Positions 45,624 to 53,309 of a stretch of DNA of 64,000 nucleotides are shown here, piece after piece. The translations under genes were made by a program, and so were the position numbers. Within the stretch, counting starts at the first letter, position 1. Each line of letters opens with the position of its first letter. A model generated the notes under the pieces. The model worked only from the letters and a program-made list of their open reading frames with translations. It had not been told where the DNA came from and ran no database searches. Source of the stretch: Solirubrobacteraceae bacterium (GTDB lineage: Bacteria > Actinomycetota > Thermoleophilia > Solirubrobacterales > Solirubrobacteraceae). Location of the stretch: assembly GCA_036510155.1 (NCBI GenBank), contig DATCEK010000161.1, positions 5,347 through 69,346 of the forward strand, in the 5' to 3' direction.

Positions 45624-45650
45624 TCAAGGATTTTTCCGCAGCGCCGATGA
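45624..45650 (+). promoter_or_regulatory. Sigma-28-type promoter for motAB-fliL-fliN-fliM (TCAA-N15-GCCGATGA)
   Basis: Consensus match 9 bp before the motA ATG. Confidence 0.78.
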
Positions 45651-45659
45651 GTTGAGCAA

Positions 45660-46466
45660 ATGAAAGCTTCAACGGCCATCGGGATTGGCGCGGCCTTCGG
45701 CGCGCTCCTGCTCAGCTCGATGATGGACGGGACCAGTCCCACCTCCTTCATCAACATTCCAGCGCTGATCATCATCATCGGCGGCACCTTCGGCGTGACG
45801 CTGGCCAGTACCGGCATAGACGTCATGAAGCGCGTGCCGAGCCTCTACAAACTCGTCATCTCGGCCGACCCCCCCGACGTGCGCGGGCGACTCGACCAGC
45901 TCGTGGGTCTGGCCGATCAAGCTCGCCGCGAGGGCCTACTGGCACTGGACGCACAACTTCCCGAGGTCGAGGACCCCTTCACCCGTAACGCGCTGCAGTT
46001 GGTCGTCGACGGCACCGACCCGGAGATGGTGCACACGATCCTCGAGGCCGAGGTCGACGGCATGGCCGCGCGCCACGCTGTCGGCGCCTCACCGTTCGAG
46101 AAGGCCGGCGGCTTCGCGCCCACGATGGGGATCATCGGCACCGTTCTAGGCCTGGTGCACGTGCTCCAGAACCTGGCGGCGCCCTCGACGCTGGGGCCGT
46201 CGATCTCCGCGGCTTTCATCGCAACGCTGATGGGCGTCGGCTCGGCCAACGTCATCTTCCTGCCGATCGCCAACCGCCTGAAGGCGATCTCCGCCGAAGA
46301 GGTCGAGCTGCGCATGATGACCGTCGAGGGGATCCTCTCGATCCAGGCCGGCGACAACCCGCGTCTGGTCTCTGAGAAGCTGATGTCCTACGTGCCGCCG
46401 GGGGAGCGCTCCGAGGAGGACGAACAGTCCGTCGCGCCGCTGGGCATTGAATCCAAGGCGGCCTGA
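45660..46466 (+). CDS. motA: Flagellar stator protein MotA
   Basis: ARREGLLALD, FAPTMGIIGTVLGL, AFIATL.GV, EGILSIQAG.NP. Confidence 0.96.
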   Translation: MKASTAIGIGAAFGALLLSSMMDGTSPTSFINIPALIIIIGGTFGVTLASTGIDVMKRVPSLYKLVISADPPDVRGRLDQLVGLADQARREGLLALDAQLPEVEDPFTRNALQLVVDGTDPEMVHTILEAEVDGMAARHAVGASPFEKAGGFAPTMGIIGTVLGLVHVLQNLAAPSTLGPSISAAFIATLMGVGSANVIFLPIANRLKAISAEEVELRMMTVEGILSIQAGDNPRLVSEKLMSYVPPGERSEEDEQSVAPLGIESKAA

Positions 46467-46468
46467 GC

Positions 46469-47347
46469 ATGGCTCGCAGGCGCGGGCGCCACCGCGGCGG
46501 AGCCCATGGCGAGGAGAGCGAGGAGCGCTGGCTTCTGACCTATGCCGACATGATCACGCTGCTGATGGCCCTGTTCATGGTCCTGTTCTCGATCTCCTCG
46601 GTCAACATCTCCAAGTATCAGACGCTGCAGCAGTCGCTGAAGGCGGCCTTCTCGGGCAACATCCTGCCCGGCGGCAAGGCGATTGCCCAACAGGGCTCGA
46701 CCGCCAACGCCAGCCACGTCCCGGCCACATTCGAATTGCAGGCTGTCGAGCCGGTCGTGAGCGAAGGCTCGAGCAGCTTGCAGAACAGCACCGCTCACGG
46801 TCCACAGAGCGCCTCCGCGGTTGCCCACCAGCAAACACCCTCCCAACGCGAGAGCAGCGAGTTCGCGCAGATCAAGCACGAGCTCGACGCTTTCGCGAAG
46901 TCGCACGGCTTCAGCCGGAGCGTGCAGACCTCGATCGAACAGCGCGGCCTGGTCATCAAGGTGCTGACCGACGACCTCCTATTTCCCTCGGGGCAAGCGA
47001 CGCTCGACGCTCGATCCTATGCGCTCCTCGGAGAGATCGGACAGCTTCTGAACATCGACGAAACCCACCCGATCAGCGTCGAAGGCAACACCGACAATAT
47101 CCCGATCCACAGCTCGCAATTCTCGAGCAACTGGCAACTCTCTACCGCACGCGCGAGCGCCGTCGTCGAATTCCTGGCCGAACACGGGGTCGCCCCGCAC
47201 CGACTGACAGCGAGCGGCAACGCAGACCAGCAGCCGGTCGCCGCCAACGCCACCGAAGCCGGCCGTGCGCGCAACCGGCGTGTGGAGATCGTGATGCGCC
47301 GCATCTACGGGGGAGAAGGCGAAAGCCACTCCGGCAACGAACCATAG
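46469..47347 (+). CDS. motB: Flagellar stator protein MotB
   Basis: ERWLLTYADMITLLMALF.VLFSIS; OmpA-like VEGNTD, NWQLS.ARA, RARNRRVEI. Confidence 0.96.
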   Translation: MARRRGRHRGGAHGEESEERWLLTYADMITLLMALFMVLFSISSVNISKYQTLQQSLKAAFSGNILPGGKAIAQQGSTANASHVPATFELQAVEPVVSEGSSSLQNSTAHGPQSASAVAHQQTPSQRESSEFAQIKHELDAFAKSHGFSRSVQTSIEQRGLVIKVLTDDLLFPSGQATLDARSYALLGEIGQLLNIDETHPISVEGNTDNIPIHSSQFSSNWQLSTARASAVVEFLAEHGVAPHRLTASGNADQQPVAANATEAGRARNRRVEIVMRRIYGGEGESHSGNEP

Positions 47348-47358
47348 GAACAACGACC

Positions 47359-47796
47359 ATGCTCAAAAACAAGAAGATCCTGCTCGTAGCGATCGTGCCG
47401 ATCCTGCTATTCGGTGGCTACACGATGACTAAGGCAAAGCCTGTGGTCAAGGAGAAGGTCAAGGGCACGATCTACGTGATGCCGCAATCGTTCCTGCTGA
47501 ACCTCAGCGACGGCCGCTACGCCAAGATCAGCGTGGCCCTGCAGCTGGCTCCCGGTCAGAGCGATGGCGCCAGCGCGGACGGAACCTCCTCCGGTTCCGA
47601 AAGTGGTCCCGGTACTCTGCCCGAGGAAGCGATCGTGCGTGAAATCATCACCAACTCTGTGACCGGCCAAAGCGGCGAAACGCTCATAAGCAGCCGTGGC
47701 CGAGAGGCGATCAAGCGCCTGATCCTGCACACGATTCAGCAAAAGACGGACGTCAAGGTAGAAGAAGTGCTTTTTCCGGATTTCACAGTTCAATAG
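47359..47796 (+). CDS. fliL: Flagellar basal-body protein FliL
   Basis: N-terminal transmembrane segment; FLLNLSDGRYAK, VEEVLFPDFTVQ. Confidence 0.9.
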   Translation: MLKNKKILLVAIVPILLFGGYTMTKAKPVVKEKVKGTIYVMPQSFLLNLSDGRYAKISVALQLAPGQSDGASADGTSSGSESGPGTLPEEAIVREIITNSVTGQSGETLISSRGREAIKRLILHTIQQKTDVKVEEVLFPDFTVQ

Positions 47797-47804
47797 GAGG
47801 CAAA

Positions 47805-48173
47805 GTGGCTGAGGCAATCGAGTACGAGCAGTTCGACCAGAATCCAACCTCAGATGGAGTCTCGGCCCCCGACCCCGACCTGAGCCGCCTCAGCGACATA
47901 CCGATGGAGTTGAGCGTGGAGATCGGGCGCACGCACATGACCGTCGGCGAGACGCTCGATTTGCGTGTCGGCTCCGTCGTTGCGCTCGAGCGCCAAGCCG
48001 GCGAGGCTGCCGACCTACTGGTCAACGGCACGGCGATCGCGCGGGGCGAGGTGATCGTCATGGACGAGCGCTACGGTCTGCGCGTCACCGAGATTCTCGA
48101 GAGCAACCAGATTTCAGCATCGACGGGAACCGGCGAGCCCACGGCGAACGAGACCCTGGCCGCCAACAGCTGA
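47805..48173 (+). CDS. fliN: Flagellar motor switch protein FliN
   Basis: LSDIPMELSVEIGRT...L..GSVVALE..AGE..DLLVNG..IARGEVIV...YGLRVTEI. Confidence 0.93.
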   Translation: MAEAIEYEQFDQNPTSDGVSAPDPDLSRLSDIPMELSVEIGRTHMTVGETLDLRVGSVVALERQAGEAADLLVNGTAIARGEVIVMDERYGLRVTEILESNQISASTGTGEPTANETLAANS

Positions 48174-48209
48174 CCTAGTCAACCCCGCGGCCACCAACAA
48201 CTGACCTAG
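48158..48209. repeat. 21-bp imperfect direct repeat (19/21) duplicating the fliN stop region
   Basis: GGCCGCCAACAGCTGACCTAG at 48158-48178 and GGCCACCAACAACTGACCTAG at 48189-48209. Confidence 0.8.
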
Positions 48210-48226
48210 AACGCAGAGGAGCACAG

Positions 48227-49522
48227 TTGAGCCCGAAGAGCCGCGCCGGCGCTTCAAAGGACGAGCCACAAAGCGCCAAGAAGCGCGCGAAGAAGCCTGC
48301 GTCAGCCGCCACAGATGAGCAGGACGGCCCCGCGGACGAGCGCATCCGCACGCTCGACTTCTCCCAGCCGACCAAGTTCACGACCGAGATCAGACGCCGC
48401 ATCTCTGGCGCGATCGAGCAGTTCTGCGAAGCGCTCTCGGGCCGCTTGACAAACGAGCTGGCCGTGGAAGTCGAGTTCAGCGTCGCCGAAGTCGACCAGC
48501 ACACCTGGGCCGCCGCCAAGGCAAGGTTGGCCGCCGACGCCGTCGCGGTCGCGATCGACGCCAAGGCGATCGAGCGCCAGATGCTGCTCAGTGTCGAGCA
48601 GCCACTGCTGCTGCAAGCGCTTGAATGTCTGCTCGGCGGCCAGGCGTCGCAAGCGCCGTCGGAGCGCCATCTGACCGATATCGACTGGGTGCTCGCACGA
48701 GGGTTCCTCGACGGTATCGTCGCTGAGCTGTCAAGCGCTTGGAACGAGCTAGGCGGCCCCCAGTTGACGCGCGGTGAGGTCGATTTGGAGGCCGACGCGG
48801 GCGTCTTCGCGCCGGTCGGCGAGCCCACTTTCGCGGTCACGCTTTCGAGCAGGATCGATGGCAGGACTGGCACCATGTCCCTGCTGATCCCCTGGTCGGC
48901 GGTCGAGCCGGTCGCCGAGAGCATCCGCGGCGGCGGCGGGCCGCCGCTCGCGGGAGACGTGCGCGATCCTGATGCGCTGCGGCGTGGCCTGGGCCGCGCC
49001 CAGGTACTGCTACGCGCCGAGGTCGGCTCGGCACAAATGCCGATCGAGCAGATGCTGGGGCTCGTGCCGGGCGCGCTTGCCGAGCTTCAAGGTCGCGCCG
49101 AGGACGGCGTGTGGCTGTTCGCCGAGGGCGTGCTGATCGGACGCGGACAACCAGGACGCTCCGGCACGCGCCGGGCCATCAAGCTGCACTCGACAAGCCA
49201 AACGCCAACCCGCGCCGACACCTATGCCAAGCTGGGCCGGGCCGAGCTCGAGCGTGCGCGAGCGCATGTGGACGGTAGGAGTGAGAGCCCCGAGGGCCGA
49301 GCGATCTTGCGCAGCATCTTCGTGCGCGTGTGGGCCGAGCTCGGACGAACACACCTTTCGCTGAAGGACGCCGTCGAACTGGCGCCAGGCGCCCTCGTGG
49401 AGCTCGATCAGGCGGCGGACACGCCGGTCGAGCTGTTCGTAAACGGACTGTGCTTTGCCAACGGCACGCTCGTGGTCACGCCAGACGGCGGCTGGGGCGT
49501 GCAGGTCTCTGAGCTGGTCTAG
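48227..49522 (+). CDS. fliM: FliM with two C-terminal SpoA domains (FliM-FliN-like fusion), lacking the N-terminal CheY-binding motif
   Basis: IRTLDFSQPTKF, LTDIDW..A, LLIPW; SpoA1 LRAEVG..., SpoA2 VWAELGRT.LSL...L.PG.LVELDQ....VELFVNG. Confidence 0.85.
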   Translation: MSPKSRAGASKDEPQSAKKRAKKPASAATDEQDGPADERIRTLDFSQPTKFTTEIRRRISGAIEQFCEALSGRLTNELAVEVEFSVAEVDQHTWAAAKARLAADAVAVAIDAKAIERQMLLSVEQPLLLQALECLLGGQASQAPSERHLTDIDWVLARGFLDGIVAELSSAWNELGGPQLTRGEVDLEADAGVFAPVGEPTFAVTLSSRIDGRTGTMSLLIPWSAVEPVAESIRGGGGPPLAGDVRDPDALRRGLGRAQVLLRAEVGSAQMPIEQMLGLVPGALAELQGRAEDGVWLFAEGVLIGRGQPGRSGTRRAIKLHSTSQTPTRADTYAKLGRAELERARAHVDGRSESPEGRAILRSIFVRVWAELGRTHLSLKDAVELAPGALVELDQAADTPVELFVNGLCFANGTLVVTPDGGWGVQVSELV

Positions 49523-49523
49523 C

Positions 49524-49550
49524 TCAAGACCTGCCTCCTCGGGCCGATAA
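49524..49550 (+). promoter_or_regulatory. Sigma-28-type promoter for fliOPQR-flhBAF (TCAA-N15-GCCGATAA)
   Basis: Perfect -10 box and correct spacing. Confidence 0.85.
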
Positions 49551-49583
49551 CCGGGGGCGACTCTTCCTCGGAGTCGTCCCTCG

Positions 49584-50291
49584 ATGACCAAGTTGACCCT
49601 TCCCCGTGCGGCCACGCAAGTGGCCGCCTTGCTGTGTTGCAGCCTGCTTGTGTGGGCCAGTTCCGCGTCGGCGTTCACTGCGGCAAACACCAAGAAGGGC
49701 AGCGGCGAACAGACGCCGCTGAACCTCGGCTCCCCCAGCACCGGCACGCATACGAGCTCGGGGGGGGCCAGCATCGTGCGCACGATCGTCGGCCTGGCGA
49801 TCGTGCTTGGCGTGATCTGGGGACTGGCGTGGGTCTTGCGCCAGGTCAAGGCAAAACGCGATCCACAGGTGGCCGCGACCGGCCTGACGAGCGTTGCCGC
49901 GCTTTCACTCAGCTCCGGGCGCTCTGTGCACCTGGTCAGGGCCGGCAAGGACTACCTGTTGCTCGGGAGCGCCGAGCACGGCTTGATGCCAATCCATCGC
50001 TACACCGAGCAGCAGGCGCTCGAAGCGGGCTTGCTCTCGCCCGATGAGCCCCTGCAACCCCGCAAACGCCGCATAAACCTCGGCCTACTCGCGCCGCCGG
50101 CGCGCGAAGACGACCACATGGTGCGACCGGTGAGCGCGCCGAGGGCGGCACTGCCACCTGGTAATCCACCAAGCAGACCCCGCCCAACGAGGACGCTCGA
50201 CTCCGGCGAGCGCCAGAGCGACCCGATGCACATGCCCACCGTGTCCTCCAGCCTGATCGAGCGTCTGCGCGAACTGACGGTGCGTCGTTGA
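49584..50291 (+). CDS. fliO: Flagellar biosynthetic protein FliO with extensions
   Basis: IVRTIVGLAIVLGVIWGLAWVL, LSLSSGRSVHLVRAG..YLLLG; precedes fliP. Confidence 0.85.
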   Translation: MTKLTLPRAATQVAALLCCSLLVWASSASAFTAANTKKGSGEQTPLNLGSPSTGTHTSSGGASIVRTIVGLAIVLGVIWGLAWVLRQVKAKRDPQVAATGLTSVAALSLSSGRSVHLVRAGKDYLLLGSAEHGLMPIHRYTEQQALEAGLLSPDEPLQPRKRRINLGLLAPPAREDDHMVRPVSAPRAALPPGNPPSRPRPTRTLDSGERQSDPMHMPTVSSSLIERLRELTVRR

Positions 50292-50926
50292 ACCTCACCT
50301 CGGGCAACTCCGTCCAAATCCTGCTGCTCGTCGCCGGCCTGACGTTGGTGCCGGCGATCCTCTTTACCGTCACAGGGTTCAGCCGCATCATCATCGTGCT
50401 CGGCTTCATCCGCTCCGCGATCGGCACGACCACCGAGCCGCCCAACCAGGTGCTCGTCGGGATCGCACTGTTCCTGACGATCTTCGTGATGGCGCCAACC
50501 GTCGCAGCGATCAAGAAGGACGCGGTTCAGCCGCTGATGGCCCACCAGATCACGACGATCACCGCACTAGAGCGCGCCGAGGAACCGATGCGCGAATTCA
50601 TGTTCCGCCAGACACGCCCACAGGACATCGCGCTGTTCGTAACCCTCGCCAAAGCAAAGACGCCGCACACGCGAGCCGAAGTGCCGACCGAGGTGCTGAT
50701 CCCGGCCTTCATCGTCTCCGAGCTCAACATCGCCTTTCAAATCGGCTTCTTGATCTTCCTGCCGTTCCTGATCATCGACCTGATCGTCTCGGCGACGCTC
50801 ATGAGCATGGGGATGATCATGCTGCCGCCGACCTTCATCTCCCTGCCTTTCAAGATCCTCCTGTTCGTGCTCGTGGACGGCTGGGATCTGGTCATCAGAG
50901 CACTCGTCCAAAGCTTTCACACCTAA
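50288..50926 (+). CDS. fliP: Flagellar export gate protein FliP
   Basis: FSRIIIVLGFIRSAIGT...PPNQVLVGIALFLT.FVM.P, LIPAFIVSEL..AFQIGF, SLPFKILLFVLVDGW. Confidence 0.97.
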   Translation: MNLTSGNSVQILLLVAGLTLVPAILFTVTGFSRIIIVLGFIRSAIGTTTEPPNQVLVGIALFLTIFVMAPTVAAIKKDAVQPLMAHQITTITALERAEEPMREFMFRQTRPQDIALFVTLAKAKTPHTRAEVPTEVLIPAFIVSELNIAFQIGFLIFLPFLIIDLIVSATLMSMGMIMLPPTFISLPFKILLFVLVDGWDLVIRALVQSFHT

Positions 50927-50936
50927 GGATCCGCCA

Positions 50937-51074
50937 ATGCCCAAAAAGACACCTCCCAAAAAAGCACCCCATTATCTGAACAGGCCAAACCAGAACATCC
51001 CCAGCCCAACGATGCTCCCCAGCCCAACGATGCTCCCCACCCCAACGATGCTCCCCACCCCAACGATGCCATGA
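50937..51074 (+). CDS. Putative relay mini-ORF fliP to fliQ (45 aa; MPKKTPPKKAPHYLNRPNQNIPSPTMLPSPTMLPTPTMLPTPTMP)
   Basis: SD AAGGA, ATG 10 nt after the fliP stop; TGA overlaps the fliQ ATG (ATGA); fliQ has no SD of its own. Confidence 0.5.
   Translation: MPKKTPPKKAPHYLNRPNQNIPSPTMLPSPTMLPTPTMLPTPTMP
50999..51070. repeat. 4 x 18-bp tandem repeat CCCCA(G/C)CCCAACGATGC(T/C) abutting the fliQ start
   Basis: Units begin at 50999, 51017, 51035 and 51053. Confidence 0.95.
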
Positions 51075-51340
51075 ACCAGGACACCGTCGTCAACCTCGCC
51101 TCCCAAGCCATGAGCCTCGCGCTGAAGATCGCCGGCCCCCTGCTGATCGTCGCGCTCGTCGCCGGGCTTGCGGTCAGCATCTTCCAAGCGGTCACACAGA
51201 TCCAGGAGCAAAGCCTCACGTTGATCCCGAAGATCATCGGTGTGGCCGCCGTGATGATCGTGCTCGGGCCATGGATGCTGGGCCAGCTGGTCGCCTACAC
51301 GACGGCCCTGTTCACCTCGATCCCGTCAATGGTGGGCTAG
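51071..51340 (+). CDS. fliQ: Flagellar export gate protein FliQ
   Basis: PLLIVALVAGLAVSIFQAVTQIQEQSLTLIPK..GPWML. Confidence 0.97.
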   Translation: MNQDTVVNLASQAMSLALKIAGPLLIVALVAGLAVSIFQAVTQIQEQSLTLIPKIIGVAAVMIVLGPWMLGQLVAYTTALFTSIPSMVG

Positions 51341-52119
51341 TGAACGAACTACTCAGAAAACTGGCCGCCGGCGAGCTGGTCGGCTTCATGCTCGTACTTG
51401 CGCGCGTCACGCCCCTGTTCATGATCGCGCCGCTGTTCTCCTCCTCGCTGGTCCCACCCCGGGTACGCGGCATCATCGCGGTGGGCATATCGGTCGGGCT
51501 GACACCGATTGCACTGCACGGCCAGCACATACCTAGCCAGCCGCTGGTTGTCGTAGAGCTCGTGATCGAGGGGCTGCTGGTCGGCTTCGGCTTTGCCTTC
51601 ACGCTTGCGATCCTGCTGGCGGCGGTAGAAACCGCCGGCGCGATGATCGACGTTGTCTCAGGCTTCTCATATGGAGAATTGATCAACCCGATGACCGGCC
51701 AGAACGGCGCGGTCATCTCGCGCTTCTACTCGTTGGTGGGGACGATGGTCTTCCTGGTCATCGGCGGCGAAGCGTGGACGTTGCGCGGGCTCGGGCGAAC
51801 CTTCCAGCTCGTCCCGCTGACGAGCGGCCCGCGCATGTCCTCGCTGATCGGCGGCGCCGAGCAGGCCTTCGCAGGCCTCTTCACCTCGGCACTTGAGATC
51901 GCCGGACCCGTGCTGGTCGCGTTGCTGATAACCGACGTGGCTTTCGGCGTCGTCTCGCGCGTCGTGCCGCAGTTGAACGTCTTCGCCGTCGGCTTCCCGG
52001 TAAAGGTGGCCGTCTCTTTGCTGGTCGTCGCGGCGGCACTGCCATTTACGGCCAACTGGATCTCAAACCAGATGTCGGTGAGCGTGAGCGCGGCGCTCGG
52101 CGCGCTGCACGTGGCCTAA
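51340..52119 (+). CDS. fliR: Flagellar export gate protein FliR
   Basis: LARV.PLFMIAPLFSS, AGAMIDVVSGF, PQLNVFAVGFPVK; GTG at 51340. Confidence 0.95.
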   Translation: MNELLRKLAAGELVGFMLVLARVTPLFMIAPLFSSSLVPPRVRGIIAVGISVGLTPIALHGQHIPSQPLVVVELVIEGLLVGFGFAFTLAILLAAVETAGAMIDVVSGFSYGELINPMTGQNGAVISRFYSLVGTMVFLVIGGEAWTLRGLGRTFQLVPLTSGPRMSSLIGGAEQAFAGLFTSALEIAGPVLVALLITDVAFGVVSRVVPQLNVFAVGFPVKVAVSLLVVAAALPFTANWISNQMSVSVSAALGALHVA

Positions 52120-52122
52120 AGC

Positions 52123-53193
52123 ATGGCTCGCGACGAACGCACCGAGAAGGCCACACCCAAGCATCGCCAGCGCGCGCGCGAGAAGGGACAGGTGGCGCGC
52201 AGCCCCGACCTCAGCGGCTCGCTCGTGCTGATCGCCGGCCTGCTCGCGATCAGTCTGATGGGCCCCAAGATCGTCGAAGCGGGGGCCACGACCTTTCGCG
52301 AAATGCTGCGCGAGGTCGCCAACCCTGCCCGTGCCACCGGTGCCGCGGGCCTGAGCGAACTGATGCACACCGCGCTCTCGACGATCGCGCTCGCAGTCGC
52401 CCCGGTAGCGGGCGCGTGCTTCCTCGCCGGCCTGCTTGGCGGCGTCGCACAGGTCGGCTTCAAGCCCACCGCGCACGCGCTGAAACTCGACTTTCGCCGC
52501 ATCAGCCCAGCCGCGGGAGCCCGCAACCTCTTCGGCCCAAACGCGATCTTCGAAGCCCTCAAGGCGATCGCCAAGGTCGCCGTCGTTGGACTGGTCGCCG
52601 GGCTGGCCGTGCTACCGGGCCTGACCACGCTCGCCTCAAAGGTCGGCATGCAGCCGACTGCGGTTGGCGCCCTCATGGGCGCTAGCGCCTTGGCAGTGGC
52701 CCAGCGTGCCGCGACGGCCTACCTCGTGATCGGCTTGCTCGACTACGGCTGGCGACGCTATCGCCACGAGAAGCAGCTGAGGATGACCAAGGAGGAGGTC
52801 AAGGAGGAGACACGCCAGTACGGCATCTCGGCAGAGGTCAAAACGGCTCAACGACGCCGCCAGATGCAGGCCGCGCGCGCGCGCATGATGGCCGCCGTAC
52901 CCAAAGCCGACGTGGTCGTGACCAACCCGACCCACTACGCCGTCGCACTGGTCTACGACGGCGCCTATACAGCGCCACTAGTGGTAGCCAAGGGCAAGGA
53001 CCTGATCGCGGCCCAGATCAGACGTGTCGCCGAGGAAAACGACGTGCCCGTGATCGGCGATCCACCGCTTGCCAGGGCGCTTCACTCCTCAACCGAGATC
53101 GGCCAGATGATTCCCCAAGAACTCTATGCCGCGGTAGCGCAGGTGCTCGCCTTCGTCTACCGCATGGCCGGGCGCAGGAAGCTGGCCTCGTGA
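52123..53193 (+). CDS. flhB: Flagellar export protein FlhB
   Basis: RTEKATPK, GQVARSPDL, VVTNPTHYAVAL (NPTH cleavage site), PPLARAL. Confidence 0.97.
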   Translation: MARDERTEKATPKHRQRAREKGQVARSPDLSGSLVLIAGLLAISLMGPKIVEAGATTFREMLREVANPARATGAAGLSELMHTALSTIALAVAPVAGACFLAGLLGGVAQVGFKPTAHALKLDFRRISPAAGARNLFGPNAIFEALKAIAKVAVVGLVAGLAVLPGLTTLASKVGMQPTAVGALMGASALAVAQRAATAYLVIGLLDYGWRRYRHEKQLRMTKEEVKEETRQYGISAEVKTAQRRRQMQAARARMMAAVPKADVVVTNPTHYAVALVYDGAYTAPLVVAKGKDLIAAQIRRVAEENDVPVIGDPPLARALHSSTEIGQMIPQELYAAVAQVLAFVYRMAGRRKLAS

Positions 53194-53309
53194 GCACCCG
53201 CGACATCGGGCCACACCGGCGCGGGCAACATCGCCTTGGGCTGCATCGCGAACAGACCATCCCTGCCAACGATGGCGTGCGCACTGGCGCCGGGAGGTTC
53301 CGCCCGTGA
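53190..53309 (+). CDS. Putative relay mini-ORF flhB to flhA (39 aa)
   Basis: GTG overlaps the flhB stop (GTGA); TGA overlaps the flhA GTG (GTGA); open for 40 codons. Confidence 0.5.
   Translation: MSTRDIGPHRRGQHRLGLHREQTIPANDGVRTGAGRFRP

Noticed and set aside
50999-51070. 18-bp repeats as a CRISPR array
   Set aside because: The units are contiguous with no unique spacers, are too short, and no cas genes are present; this is a VNTR.
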